Source of the DNA: Escherichia phage FV3
Length of the DNA: 64,000 nt
Sequence record: NC_019517.1
Reading direction: 5' to 3' (one strand)
Each line of letters opens with the position of its first letter. The stretch's first letter is position 1. The position numbers and the translations under genes are program-made. Below, in pieces: positions 18,083 through 27,016 of the stretch. A model generated the notes under the pieces. That model searched no databases and had not been told where the DNA came from. It was given only the letters and a program-made list of their open reading frames with translations.

Positions 18083-19132
18083 ATGAATTTAACACCTCGC
18101 AGCACCATGGTACACGGCATGAAAGAAAAACAGAACGGTTTCGAACCTATGAGTAACAAAATGTTTGGTATGCCTGGTGGTATTATGGAAACATACAGCT
18201 ACCCAACACCTGTTGTTGACCACGTTCTTTATATCGACGATTTGGACGACCTACAAGATCATATGTCTCGTCTACAGACGATCCGTATGGCTCAGCCAGA
18301 AGAAAGTATCCGTGTAATCATTAACAGCCCTGGTGGTTGCGTTCACATTGCTATGGCGTATTTGCAGGCATTCCGCGAGTCTCAGGCAAGCGTTGTTGTA
18401 CACGCTGAAGGGATGTGCTGTTCAGCAGGAACAATCTTATGGCTAGGTTGCAAAGAACGAACTGTGGCTCCGGACACAGAATTTATGTTCCACTATTATC
18501 AAGGTGGCACTTATGGTAACGGCGTGAACATGAATACCCAGGTCAACTACTGGAAGAAACGTTTTGAACGCCTGATCGAAAAATACTACGGTGGGGTGTT
18601 AACAGAAGATGAGATCGCATCCATCACAGCTGGCGGTGAAGTGTGGTTAGATGGAGAAGAGCTGGCATCTAGAACTGGTGCTATCATTCTGGACGATGAA
18701 AACATTCAGCGCATTCAGAATGGACAGAAACCGAAAAAGCTTTTGGCAAAAAGTGATGAAGAAGGTGTGCTAGGCGAAGCAGGCCTGCCAGAGATTCACC
18801 AATGCACATCTTTGGACGAGCTGGTTCATGCTGTTGAGTCTGCAAAAGAAAATGGTATGAAAGGTGATGTTCACACTGTGTTCCTGAATCTGCAGATGGA
18901 GAGTGGTGAGACCGTTAAGATTGCACTGGGTGAGATTACCTCGGAAGATCTGCAGCGATTCTCTGTGGTAGAGCTTCAGGACATTTTGTCCCAATTGAAA
19001 ACTACCCTGAACGGAGGTGAAGAAGTTCAGGTGAAAGATAAGACTCGCAAGCGTCTGGTGGACAATATTATTAAAACAGCAAAAGAGCTCAATGAAAAAA
19101 TCCTGGGCGCAGGAATTGTCGAAGAAGCTTAA
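18083..19132 (+). CDS. ClpP-like serine peptidase (S14 family) with C-terminal extension
   Basis: INSPGG, GMCCSAGT (catalytic Ser) and MFHYYQ (His) motifs; ~150-aa acidic C-terminal extension. Confidence 0.65.
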   Translation: MNLTPRSTMVHGMKEKQNGFEPMSNKMFGMPGGIMETYSYPTPVVDHVLYIDDLDDLQDHMSRLQTIRMAQPEESIRVIINSPGGCVHIAMAYLQAFRESQASVVVHAEGMCCSAGTILWLGCKERTVAPDTEFMFHYYQGGTYGNGVNMNTQVNYWKKRFERLIEKYYGGVLTEDEIASITAGGEVWLDGEELASRTGAIILDDENIQRIQNGQKPKKLLAKSDEEGVLGEAGLPEIHQCTSLDELVHAVESAKENGMKGDVHTVFLNLQMESGETVKIALGEITSEDLQRFSVVELQDILSQLKTTLNGGEEVQVKDKTRKRLVDNIIKTAKELNEKILGAGIVEEA

Positions 19133-19145
19133 ACATTAATTCTAA

Positions 19146-19168
19146 AGCCCTCTTCGGAGGGCTTTTAT
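19146..19168 (+). terminator. intrinsic terminator
   Basis: AGCCCTC-TTCG-GAGGGCT followed by TTTAT. Confidence 0.5.
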
Positions 19169-19183
19169 GATCTGGAGATTTGC

Positions 19184-19717
19184 ATGACTTGTGCTAGAAA
19201 ACCTGATGAACAACGTAACGCTTACGACGAGTATGTGACACCGGAGTGGTGTGCAGAAGGGCTGTATGACCTTATTCCGTTCCCAGAAGACTGGACCTAC
19301 TTAGAGCCTTGCAGGAATAGCGCTTCAGGTGTGTTCTACTCCCGTATGCCGTTAGGATCTGCATGGGGAGAAATTCAAGAAGGTGTTGACTATCTGAATA
19401 CAGAATACAACCATGTTGACTGTATTATCACCAACCCGCCGTACAGCCTGGCTCGTGAGTTTGTGGACAAGGCGTTGAAAGATGCCGACGTAGTTATTAT
19501 GCTTTTGCGTCTTAATTTTCTGGAAAGCAAGACCAGATTTGAATGGTGGCTTGATAATGCACCTACCACTGTGATCACAATATCTAAGCGTCCGTCATTC
19601 CAATCCAATGGTAGAACGGATGGGCAGGCATATGCCTATTTTGTATGGGACAAGAAAAACCGTCTAGGCTTGCCGCCATTTATGTGGTTGGCACCACCAG
19701 AGGCAGACTTGAAATGA
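19184..19717 (+). CDS. DNA methyltransferase (NPPY motif), probable N6-adenine
   Basis: 177-aa ORF with DCIITNPPYSLAREF. Confidence 0.5.
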   Translation: MTCARKPDEQRNAYDEYVTPEWCAEGLYDLIPFPEDWTYLEPCRNSASGVFYSRMPLGSAWGEIQEGVDYLNTEYNHVDCIITNPPYSLAREFVDKALKDADVVIMLLRLNFLESKTRFEWWLDNAPTTVITISKRPSFQSNGRTDGQAYAYFVWDKKNRLGLPPFMWLAPPEADLK

Positions 19718-19998
19718 AAATAAGTGCTAAGGACAAGTTGCACCAGTTAGCGCTAAAACGTCCTGTAACGCTTCCTGACGAGCTTAACTCTATTTATGAT
19801 GCGATTGTAGGGGAGATACAAAATAAAGCGTTAGCAGGCTTTCTGGGATGCGGATTTTCGATAAATCTTCCATCGCACCTCTCAGACTACTTCCCACACA
19901 TCGTTGGGGATTTGAGGGCAGGAGGTCTGCAGGTGGATGTTGTTGGCATCTCTCCGGAGAAAAATAACACGGTTGCCTACTTGACAGTAACCTGGTAG
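19714..19998 (+). CDS. hypothetical protein
   Basis: ATG at 19714 overlapping upstream stop (ATGA); 94 aa. Confidence 0.4.
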   Translation: MKISAKDKLHQLALKRPVTLPDELNSIYDAIVGEIQNKALAGFLGCGFSINLPSHLSDYFPHIVGDLRAGGLQVDVVGISPEKNNTVAYLTVTW

Positions 19999-20026
19999 TG
20001 GTGTATTTTGTTTTCAACAAGAGGGG

Positions 20027-20275
20027 GTGTCATCTATGTACAAGTCATTTTCAATCTACTCAAGACAGGCAAAACACTACACGGAGATTCTGATCACTCA
20101 GAAAAAGTCTGTAGAAGGTGAGTGGGAATATCATCATAAAATGTTGCGTCCAGACTGGGTTTTTGATAGACTTATTGCTATGATTCCTCTTGGAGAAGTA
20201 TACCCTCTGACAGGTCATAGGGATGCTTGGGATTTAATTGATTACATAGATTCATTTAAGGAGCCTGGTGTATGA
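20027..20275 (+). CDS. hypothetical protein
   Basis: 82-aa ORF. Confidence 0.45.
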   Translation: MSSMYKSFSIYSRQAKHYTEILITQKKSVEGEWEYHHKMLRPDWVFDRLIAMIPLGEVYPLTGHRDAWDLIDYIDSFKEPGV

Positions 20276-20670
20276 AGATTGAGATCACTAAAGAAGGTAA
20301 GAAAGTGTCTGGCGATTATGCAACAGTAATTCGGGATGTAATGTTTGAAGTAACCCAGATTGGTACGTCTAAGGTTGGTCAAACGGTAAGTGTGCAAGGT
20401 AATATTGCCACAGGTGAAAAGATAATCATTGTGATCAAAGGACAAGACCCTGTGGAAGGAACAGTGGGCCGAGGAGGCTACCTGTGCATTTCTGAAGAAC
20501 CGCGTATGCTGGTTGCTGATGACTCCACAGGTAAAAAGCGGGTATGTAACACGGACGAGGTGATGATTATCTATCCAGTCAACCCAGATGATCCGGCAAC
20601 ATGGATTGTGGGAAATGAAATCTTCTCTTTAGAAGAGTTATCCTTCCCAGCTCCGCGCTCTGTTCAGTAA
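20272..20670 (+). CDS. hypothetical protein (possible small acidic family member)
   Basis: 132-aa ORF starting MKIEIT. Confidence 0.45.
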   Translation: MKIEITKEGKKVSGDYATVIRDVMFEVTQIGTSKVGQTVSVQGNIATGEKIIIVIKGQDPVEGTVGRGGYLCISEEPRMLVADDSTGKKRVCNTDEVMIIYPVNPDDPATWIVGNEIFSLEELSFPAPRSVQ

Positions 20671-20709
20671 TAATTTATCTTACCAGGGACGGTAGAAGTA
20701 GGAGGTAGC

Positions 20710-20943
20710 ATGAAAGTTAAATTTCTTACAGATTTAGGGTACCCTTCCTTGGTTGACTGCGTTGGTAAAATTGTGGAAGCAAAACGACTATCTGCAAACG
20801 ATAATGTTGTCATGGTTAAGGGAAAAGATTTACTATCTGCAGGTGCAGAGTCTGGCAGGATCTCTCCTGACTATACGTATTACCTGTCTTTAAGTAATCT
20901 ACCAGAACGAGGCGGCAAAGGCCTTGAAGTTGTGGAGGAGTGA
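20710..20943 (+). CDS. small acidic protein, MKVK family
   Basis: 77 aa; MKVKFL... ending LEVVEE; RBS GGAGG. Confidence 0.5.
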   Translation: MKVKFLTDLGYPSLVDCVGKIVEAKRLSANDNVVMVKGKDLLSAGAESGRISPDYTYYLSLSNLPERGGKGLEVVEE

Positions 20944-21467
20944 CAGGTATGCTGCTAGTTGATTGGAAAGATTTTTATGGCGATAAAGACCCGAAAGCCT
21001 TTATATATAAACCTTGGAGATACTCAGAGAGTCAAATTGCTGCAATAAACCTTACAGCAAAGCGCCGAAAAATTATCGAAAGTAAATACAGGTACGCTCA
21101 GCTAGTGGCTGGTGTTTCTCCACAGGTAGAGAGTTTTGTGCTTAAACTGTACGAAAAGTTTATGAGTTACGATCTGTCATTCGTGAAGGTGGGTGAGGAT
21201 TTATCCCCTGGTAACAACGTAACACGTTGGAAAGTTTCATGCGACAAAAAACTTCCGGTAAGTATTGAGGTGTGTCGATACTGGGGGTATCATGAGTGTG
21301 GCTTTTATGACTACCATGATGTAGAAATAAAGCCACGCAATCATCTAAGCGACCCAGAAAAAGATTACTTGAAGCATGTGATTCTTTCCATGTTTGGAGG
21401 GTATATCACAGAGAAAAATAGCGAAGACAGAATATCCTTTCTTAACAGTTTGAACCGGGAGATGTAG
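20940..21467 (+). CDS. hypothetical protein
   Basis: 175-aa ORF. Confidence 0.5.
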   Translation: MTGMLLVDWKDFYGDKDPKAFIYKPWRYSESQIAAINLTAKRRKIIESKYRYAQLVAGVSPQVESFVLKLYEKFMSYDLSFVKVGEDLSPGNNVTRWKVSCDKKLPVSIEVCRYWGYHECGFYDYHDVEIKPRNHLSDPEKDYLKHVILSMFGGYITEKNSEDRISFLNSLNREM

Positions 21468-21468
21468 T

Positions 21469-21705
21469 ATGACTATAGACACTGTGCTGGTTTGGTATTG
21501 CGCATTGACCTTTCTGACAATGGTTGTTTTAGCAACTCTTTGCATCATATCTTGTAGAAAAATTAAGTTTGACGACTTTATAACTATAATCACTGCCGCA
21601 CCTTTTTGGCCTGTTGTTCTCTTCATTGCGGTTATGTGCTTGGTGGATCACTGTAAAACCGTCAGGAAAATGAAGGAGGCAGATAAGAATGGTAACAGTG
21701 ACTGA
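21469..21705 (+). CDS. small membrane protein
   Basis: 78 aa with two hydrophobic segments. Confidence 0.45.
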   Translation: MTIDTVLVWYCALTFLTMVVLATLCIISCRKIKFDDFITIITAAPFWPVVLFIAVMCLVDHCKTVRKMKEADKNGNSD

Positions 21706-21907
21706 AACTGTTTATACTGTTCTTAGGGAGATTGCATTCTATACAGACCTTAGTTCAGTATCTTCATGGGAAAAGAGTGTGTATTTAAAATGGTGCGTGA
21801 AATTAGAGGGGACCTTCTAATGTTTCAAGCCATGTTTATTGAAATGCTCTCCGGAGTATTACTGCTGGTAGCCATTTTGGGTGGTGCGGCGCTAATGTAT
21901 AATTATC

Positions 21908-22111
21908 TTGAAAAAGGGGACAGTAATGACAAAAAATAAATCCTTAGAACAGGCTGAAAACCTTCTCCACGAGCTGGTAAAGGAGTGGAAAGTTGAATAC
22001 TCAGATTTTAATGCAAGAGAGGGGGAAGATTATTGGCCTACGGAGCGCTCAGAGGGAGAGTGGTATCAAGATTTCATAGAATGGTTATATCAGACGTGCG
22101 ATGAGGGGTGA
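21908..22111 (+). CDS. hypothetical acidic protein
   Basis: 67-aa ORF; likely ATG start at 21926. Confidence 0.4.
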   Translation: MKKGTVMTKNKSLEQAENLLHELVKEWKVEYSDFNAREGEDYWPTERSEGEWYQDFIEWLYQTCDEG

Positions 22112-22569
22112 CGATGTTTGTTAAATATGTAAAAACGTGCCTCAACAACCTTGGTAGAGAGCATTGGTACACCTTGCTTGAAAAAGGAGAAATTTTAACA
22201 AAATCTGGAAAGATAACTCTGATACCTTTGGATGATAAAGACCCGTCACTACTTGTCATAGATGATTACGTTACAGGTGTGTCGTACGAGGTCTCTGTGG
22301 AGAGGTTAATACGCAGATCTGGAGGGCCTTATGACCGAAGAGAGTATGTTTTCGATTCTGTTACAGAGAAGGAGGATCCGTCTCTAATGTTTAGGATGGT
22401 AATCAGGGATATGAAATCATCTATAAATAGGATTGTAAAGGACATTAAGGAGCCTTTTAGGGTAAAAGTTAAGAAGTTTTTTGATTCTAAGATTAACATA
22501 CTCGCCGTTGTGCTAGGCGTAATTCAACTTCTGTTAATTTTGCACTATCTTGAACTGTTGTTCAAGTAG
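22108..22569 (+). CDS. hypothetical protein with C-terminal TM segment
   Basis: 153-aa ORF. Confidence 0.5.
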   Translation: MTMFVKYVKTCLNNLGREHWYTLLEKGEILTKSGKITLIPLDDKDPSLLVIDDYVTGVSYEVSVERLIRRSGGPYDRREYVFDSVTEKEDPSLMFRMVIRDMKSSINRIVKDIKEPFRVKVKKFFDSKINILAVVLGVIQLLLILHYLELLFK

Positions 22570-22577
22570 TGTGCAAC

Positions 22578-22594
22578 AAGGCACAAAGGATGTG
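22578..22594 (+). promoter_or_regulatory. intercistronic stem-loop (copy 2 of 2)
   Basis: GGCACA-AAGGA-TGTGCC immediately after stop of 22108..22569; compensatory to 15620-15635. Confidence 0.4.
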
Positions 22595-22629
22595 CCATGA
22601 TTAAATAAACTAAGAAAGAGGTAGAGAGA

Positions 22630-22977
22630 ATGCCAAAGATTAAGTCGATATTAATGTGGGCAGCTGTTGTGGCTTTTGTAGGATACTGGACTTGGGAAAC
22701 TGAATTAAAAGATATCGGGTATACCAGTCTTGAGAGCAAGGCATGCATTGGCATAACCGATGCATTCAGGCAAAATGCTATGGATCACGAATGTGTCGAT
22801 GCAGATATAGATGAGAAACTGTCTAAGGACAAGGATTTTTACCATGGTCATGCCTTGCTTGATAGTGGTGACACTGTAGAATTCTGGTCGTGGTTCCGTG
22901 AAGATGGAACAATAAAGACAGCAGTAAAGATTTCCAACAAAGAGTTAATGCTGTTGCAGCAGAAGGAGGTGCAATGA
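22630..22977 (+). CDS. hypothetical protein with N-terminal TM/signal segment
   Basis: 115-aa ORF; RBS AAGAGGTAGAGAG. Confidence 0.5.
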   Translation: MPKIKSILMWAAVVAFVGYWTWETELKDIGYTSLESKACIGITDAFRQNAMDHECVDADIDEKLSKDKDFYHGHALLDSGDTVEFWSWFREDGTIKTAVKISNKELMLLQQKEVQ

Positions 22978-23261
22978 TCTGGATATCCTACACTGATGGC
23001 ACCATGCTGTATACTGCAGGTACTAGGTATGAAGTTCAGGAGGACGATAAAAAATTTATCGTAAAAACATTTGACAAGGACGAAAACCTTTTGTTAGAAT
23101 TGACTTACAAGGTTGGGGAGGTATCTAGCATCCAATTGGATTGCGGTCATAAAGATAACCCACTCAAGAAACCTGGGGTAGGTAAAGCTTCAGAAGAACG
23201 CCTGTCTCGTATTGCAGAAAGCGTTTCTGCACAAAAATCTAAGAAGGGGACTAGAAAATGA
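22974..23261 (+). CDS. hypothetical protein
   Basis: 95-aa ORF. Confidence 0.45.
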   Translation: MIWISYTDGTMLYTAGTRYEVQEDDKKFIVKTFDKDENLLLELTYKVGEVSSIQLDCGHKDNPLKKPGVGKASEERLSRIAESVSAQKSKKGTRK

Positions 23262-23452
23262 AAAACTTACGTTTTAACACTTATTACTACAACACTTTGA
23301 ATGATTTGTATTATATTATTCGAAGTAAAAGTCCTGAAACAGTCCTATTCTGCCGCGAACCTTTCAAAGGGGAGGAAGTAGAGTCTGAGATGAATGTTAG
23401 CCATATTACCTCTTTGTTGCTCTCAGGTGCAATGGAAGAAGCAATATTCTAA
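23258..23452 (+). CDS. hypothetical protein
   Basis: 64-aa ORF. Confidence 0.4.
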   Translation: MKNLRFNTYYYNTLNDLYYIIRSKSPETVLFCREPFKGEEVESEMNVSHITSLLLSGAMEEAIF

Positions 23453-23470
23453 ACCAGGCGGGAGGGTTTT

Positions 23471-23656
23471 ATGAAGCACTATTGCCTGTTTGGTAGGATG
23501 GGTGTAGAGTGTGATTGGGTTTTCTTAAAACTTGTCAGCATCCGAGAGTCAATCCCAGAGGAAGAGCAAGAAAGTGAGCTGATGTCATGGATCAGCTATT
23601 ACGGCAACACTTTCCGGTATGTCAAAATGGAAGGGCTGCCAAGCGAGGATGATTGA
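23471..23656 (+). CDS. hypothetical protein
   Basis: 61-aa ORF. Confidence 0.4.
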   Translation: MKHYCLFGRMGVECDWVFLKLVSIRESIPEEEQESELMSWISYYGNTFRYVKMEGLPSEDD

Positions 23657-23751
23657 TTATGATTGCATCAATATTAACGTTTATGGGTGGCGTGGCGGTC
23701 GGATTCATTATTTGCCTGTTTATAGTGATTATGTCTATGCGAGGCTGACTT

Positions 23752-24036
23752 ATGAAACTGTTCGAGTGGTTTAAAAAGTTTAAATACCGGGCCGTTGCTG
23801 TATCGAAATGGACTGTCCGCTGGGTGGACAATGATGGAACACAAATTCCAGGTGATCAGGATACCGGATACTGGGTTATGATGGAGAACGGATTTGGGAA
23901 AAGGAAGTTTAAATGTGTTGGTGCTCCTACCCTTTTAAATGTTAGAAGTGTGCCAGGGTACAGCACTCTGGTTGTTTGGGAGCTATCCGGTGTTCCTCCT
24001 GCCAATGTGCAATACTTGCCAAATTCAGAAAAATAA
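23752..24036 (+). CDS. hypothetical protein
   Basis: 94-aa ORF. Confidence 0.45.
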   Translation: MKLFEWFKKFKYRAVAVSKWTVRWVDNDGTQIPGDQDTGYWVMMENGFGKRKFKCVGAPTLLNVRSVPGYSTLVVWELSGVPPANVQYLPNSEK

Positions 24037-24048
24037 AAGGAGAAAATA

Positions 24049-24333
24049 ATGAGCAATGGTATTAGCAACAATGCTGCAGAGTTTAAAGTGATCTGTAAAG
24101 GCACTTATTGGATAGTGAAACAGAAGGTGTACCTATTCGGTTTCATACCGTTTTGGCAGAGATTTTGCTGGGGAGCTAACGAGCTTAAGAGATACGCCAC
24201 CAAGGCTATGGCACTTATTGGTATAGCTGAATACATTGCTGCCAGGGACAGAGAGGGGAAAACTTGTTACTACACTGCTGACGAGATTCGTAACAGTGTT
24301 TACGTTCCACAACCGCCCGATGGAGACCGCTGA
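24049..24333 (+). CDS. hypothetical protein
   Basis: 94-aa ORF; RBS AAGGAG. Confidence 0.45.
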   Translation: MSNGISNNAAEFKVICKGTYWIVKQKVYLFGFIPFWQRFCWGANELKRYATKAMALIGIAEYIAARDREGKTCYYTADEIRNSVYVPQPPDGDR

Positions 24334-24557
24334 TGAAAGTGAAAGTTTTAGATTCAAACTTCTATATTGGTCAAGAGCCTTTAGTTGGAAAAGTGTTTAC
24401 CGCTATCCCTAACGAAGATTATCCTGACCTTTTAAAAATAAAAGGGGAAGATCTTATTGCCGCTGGCGCGTCTCAGGAATGCTTTGACAGTCAGTGGGCC
24501 TACAACTTTGCCCTAGGGGAGGATGTGGAGATAGTGGAGGACGATTATGAAGGTTAA
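24333..24557 (+). CDS. small acidic protein, MKVK family
   Basis: 74 aa, MKVKVLDSNFYIGQ...; tandem paralog of next gene. Confidence 0.5.
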   Translation: MKVKVLDSNFYIGQEPLVGKVFTAIPNEDYPDLLKIKGEDLIAAGASQECFDSQWAYNFALGEDVEIVEDDYEG

Positions 24558-24801
24558 AATTCTTGACTCTAACGTCTACTTGGGACAATCATTCCTGAAG
24601 GGAAAGGTAGTACCTGCTGTATACTTCGAAGGGTTGCCGTGGGATGATCCTGTGCGGCAAAATCACAGCTATGTAGGCCACAATGTGGTGTTCATTTTGG
24701 GATCAGACCTGATCGCGGCTGGTGCTCCGGAATATTATTTCGGAGAGGACTCGTATTATGCCTTTGGGGTAGGGTCAGATGCAGATATTTTAGAGCCGTG
24801 A
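24547..24801 (+). CDS. small acidic protein, MKVK family
   Basis: 84 aa, MKVKILDSNVYLGQ... Confidence 0.5.
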   Translation: MKVKILDSNVYLGQSFLKGKVVPAVYFEGLPWDDPVRQNHSYVGHNVVFILGSDLIAAGAPEYYFGEDSYYAFGVGSDADILEP

Positions 24802-25212
24802 TTGGGGACTGTTGTGAAAAATAAACTGTTCAAAGTTACAATGAAAATTCGCGGAGCTTGGAGCGTAAAGCAAGGGCGTATCCCGGAATTTGAGAAAGAC
24901 TTCTACGTAGTCTCCACCTCTGAAGAGGCTGCATGCTGGCAGGCTGGCTATGCCTATGCAAGAACTTGGTACGAAGGGTACCAAACTGGGGGCTATGACG
25001 GAGAAATTGTCAGTAAGGGTGTGGAAGAAATTAATGTGTTGACAAGTGAAAAAGTTTTTGTTATAGTGCATCCTGATTCCAGAGTGAAGCATTACTGGAA
25101 TGCCAGAACAAAAACCTGGACACCATTTGCAGATTCTGCTACACCACTTTTAAACCAGAAAGCTCTTGACTCTGCCCCGAGCTACGGGGTTGTTGAAGAA
25201 AAAATAAGCTGA
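24802..25212 (+). CDS. hypothetical protein (paralog of 27016..27411)
   Basis: Shares HP.S...YW....WTP motif with 27016..27411; start uncertain (ATG at 24841). Confidence 0.45.
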   Translation: MGTVVKNKLFKVTMKIRGAWSVKQGRIPEFEKDFYVVSTSEEAACWQAGYAYARTWYEGYQTGGYDGEIVSKGVEEINVLTSEKVFVIVHPDSRVKHYWNARTKTWTPFADSATPLLNQKALDSAPSYGVVEEKIS

Positions 25213-25229
25213 AATAGTGGGGTACTTAC

Positions 25230-25520
25230 ATGATGGATTTAGTTTTGGATACTGATAACACCGAATCGTTTAAAAAAGATGGTGTAATAAGCATGGACCA
25301 ATCCTGCCATGCCAAGATTGACTCAAAATGGACCTACAAGTTTGACGGTGAGATCTTCGCAAATGATGAGAAGGTTGTGGATGCTGTAGCCATTTTAAAC
25401 GCTTTAGGGTATGACCCTGTGAACTCATTGATCAAGGATCCTGTTGAGTTTGCAGAGTATGTTCGTAAAATGGCAGATCTTGCAGTAGATATTTTAAAAA
25501 CTATCGACGACAAGCTGTAA
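25230..25520 (+). CDS. hypothetical acidic protein
   Basis: 96-aa ORF. Confidence 0.45.
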   Translation: MMDLVLDTDNTESFKKDGVISMDQSCHAKIDSKWTYKFDGEIFANDEKVVDAVAILNALGYDPVNSLIKDPVEFAEYVRKMADLAVDILKTIDDKL

Positions 25521-25526
25521 AAACTG

Positions 25527-25555
25527 TTGACACAACATTTGATCTTTAGTATCAT
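25527..25555 (+). promoter_or_regulatory. sigma70-like promoter (TTGACA-17-TATCAT) upstream of hpf-like gene
   Basis: TTGACA 25527-25532, TATCAT 25550-25555; followed by hairpin 25564-25584 and RBS AAGGAG. Confidence 0.5.
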
Positions 25556-25602
25556 TATTTCCAAAGAGGGTTTGGTTCCCTCTTCTTTAAAAGGAGCACG
25601 TT

Positions 25603-25920
25603 ATGCAGATTGAAATTACTGGCAACGTAGAGATCACTGAAGGTATGGTGTCTTTCATTTCCCACAAAATGTCCAAACTGGAGCGTTTGCACCCATCTGC
25701 CAACTATGCACGTGTGAGTGTAAAAGTTGAAAATGATCACCAGGAAGTTATGGCTTTTATTTTTGACAATTCTGGGAAAGAAGTTATCGCCAAAGCTAAA
25801 GGTAGCGATGCTTACGAGGCAACTGACCGTATGGTGGATGTTGCAGCACGCCAGTTGGCTAAATGCGGTGGAAAGAAAGGTAAGGGAAAAGGTAAAGTAA
25901 AGATTGACTTTTGGGATTGA
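25603..25920 (+). CDS. hpf: ribosome hibernation promoting factor homolog (HPF/RaiA/YfiA family)
   Basis: 105 aa; MQIEITGNVEITE...KLERL...VSVKVE...AKAKGSDAYEATDRMVDVAARQLAK aligns along its length with bacterial HPF as recalled; Lys/Gly-rich tail. Confidence 0.75.
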   Translation: MQIEITGNVEITEGMVSFISHKMSKLERLHPSANYARVSVKVENDHQEVMAFIFDNSGKEVIAKAKGSDAYEATDRMVDVAARQLAKCGGKKGKGKGKVKIDFWD

Positions 25921-26057
25921 GGTGCTACAATGAGTATGATTAAGAAATTAGTCCCAAATGTAGAGATTGCATGCTTTGAAATTATGTTTGCAATCGCAGT
26001 TGTAGTTAATGTGTTAGGTTACGACTATTAATATCAAATAATTGAGGAGACCTCTAA

Positions 26058-26327
26058 ATGAAAATTAAATTATTCAAAACTGAGCTGGCAGACAAAAACT
26101 GCGGACTGGTTGAAGGCATGATCGTTGAAGCACAACCAGTGGACTACATGAAGGTGGTTCGTGATGCTCTGGGTGAAGGTTTTGATCTGATGGAGCCAGC
26201 TCTGCGAGAAGATGTCATCGAGATGGCTAAAAAGCACACACCTGAAGGCTTGGTAGTGTTTGTTGCTCCAGGTAACGGAGAAGAGTTGATTGTAACTCCG
26301 GATGTGTATGAGGTTGTAGAGGAGTAA
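26058..26327 (+). CDS. small acidic protein, MKVK family
   Basis: 89 aa, MKIKLF... ending YEVVEE; RBS GAGGAGA. Confidence 0.5.
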   Translation: MKIKLFKTELADKNCGLVEGMIVEAQPVDYMKVVRDALGEGFDLMEPALREDVIEMAKKHTPEGLVVFVAPGNGEELIVTPDVYEVVEE

Positions 26328-26415
26328 TCTTGGGTTAGCCATACTTCCTCGACAAGAAAGGTTTGTAATTATTTGTGGGAAAGGAATCCCCATCTCTTAC
26401 CAGAGGTGATACTGT

Positions 26416-26679
26416 ATGATTGTTTATTTTAAAACTTCAGGTGGATACCCTGATTCTCAAAGCTTGATTGGAAAAACGTGCACAGCATACTCGCCTCTTG
26501 ATGATGAGGTAAGTGATACCCTACGAAATATGTATCGGATTGATCCACAAGAAGCTTTTGATCAGAACCTTGTATTTGTCAAGGGCTCAGACATGAAGTC
26601 TTTGGGGGCATTTCCTGAAGCAGATGATAATGCTGTTTATTCGTTTATGACCCCTTTTGAAGCTATGGTTGTTGGGTGA
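26416..26679 (+). CDS. small acidic protein (probable family member)
   Basis: 87-aa ORF. Confidence 0.45.
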   Translation: MIVYFKTSGGYPDSQSLIGKTCTAYSPLDDEVSDTLRNMYRIDPQEAFDQNLVFVKGSDMKSLGAFPEADDNAVYSFMTPFEAMVVG

Positions 26680-26683
26680 GAAT

Positions 26684-27016
26684 ATGAAAGTACGCTTTAT
26701 TGGTGAAACAATTCCTGTGCATCTCCGGTCGCCTGAGGATTCTGCAGATCTTGCATCTCAAAAGGCCAGAGGGTATGATAAGAAAGTAATCTCAACCGAT
26801 GTAGAGCTTGAGGCTACCAGTCTGCCTGACCCTGCTGCATTCTTTAATCATTATGGATACTATTTCAGCAATCTGATGAATATCGGTGAGCTTGTGTTTA
26901 TTAGTGGTGGAGAAATAGTTAGCAAGCTTGGCGGCGATCCGGATGTCTTTCATGAAACCTGCCCTTTTGCATTTGTGGTAGGTTCAGATGTGGAAGTTAT
27001 TGAGGAGGTGCGGTAA
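26684..27016 (+). CDS. small acidic protein (probable family member)
   Basis: ATG at 26684 (MKVRFIGE...), ends VEVIEEVR. Confidence 0.45.
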   Translation: MKVRFIGETIPVHLRSPEDSADLASQKARGYDKKVISTDVELEATSLPDPAAFFNHYGYYFSNLMNIGELVFISGGEIVSKLGGDPDVFHETCPFAFVVGSDVEVIEEVR

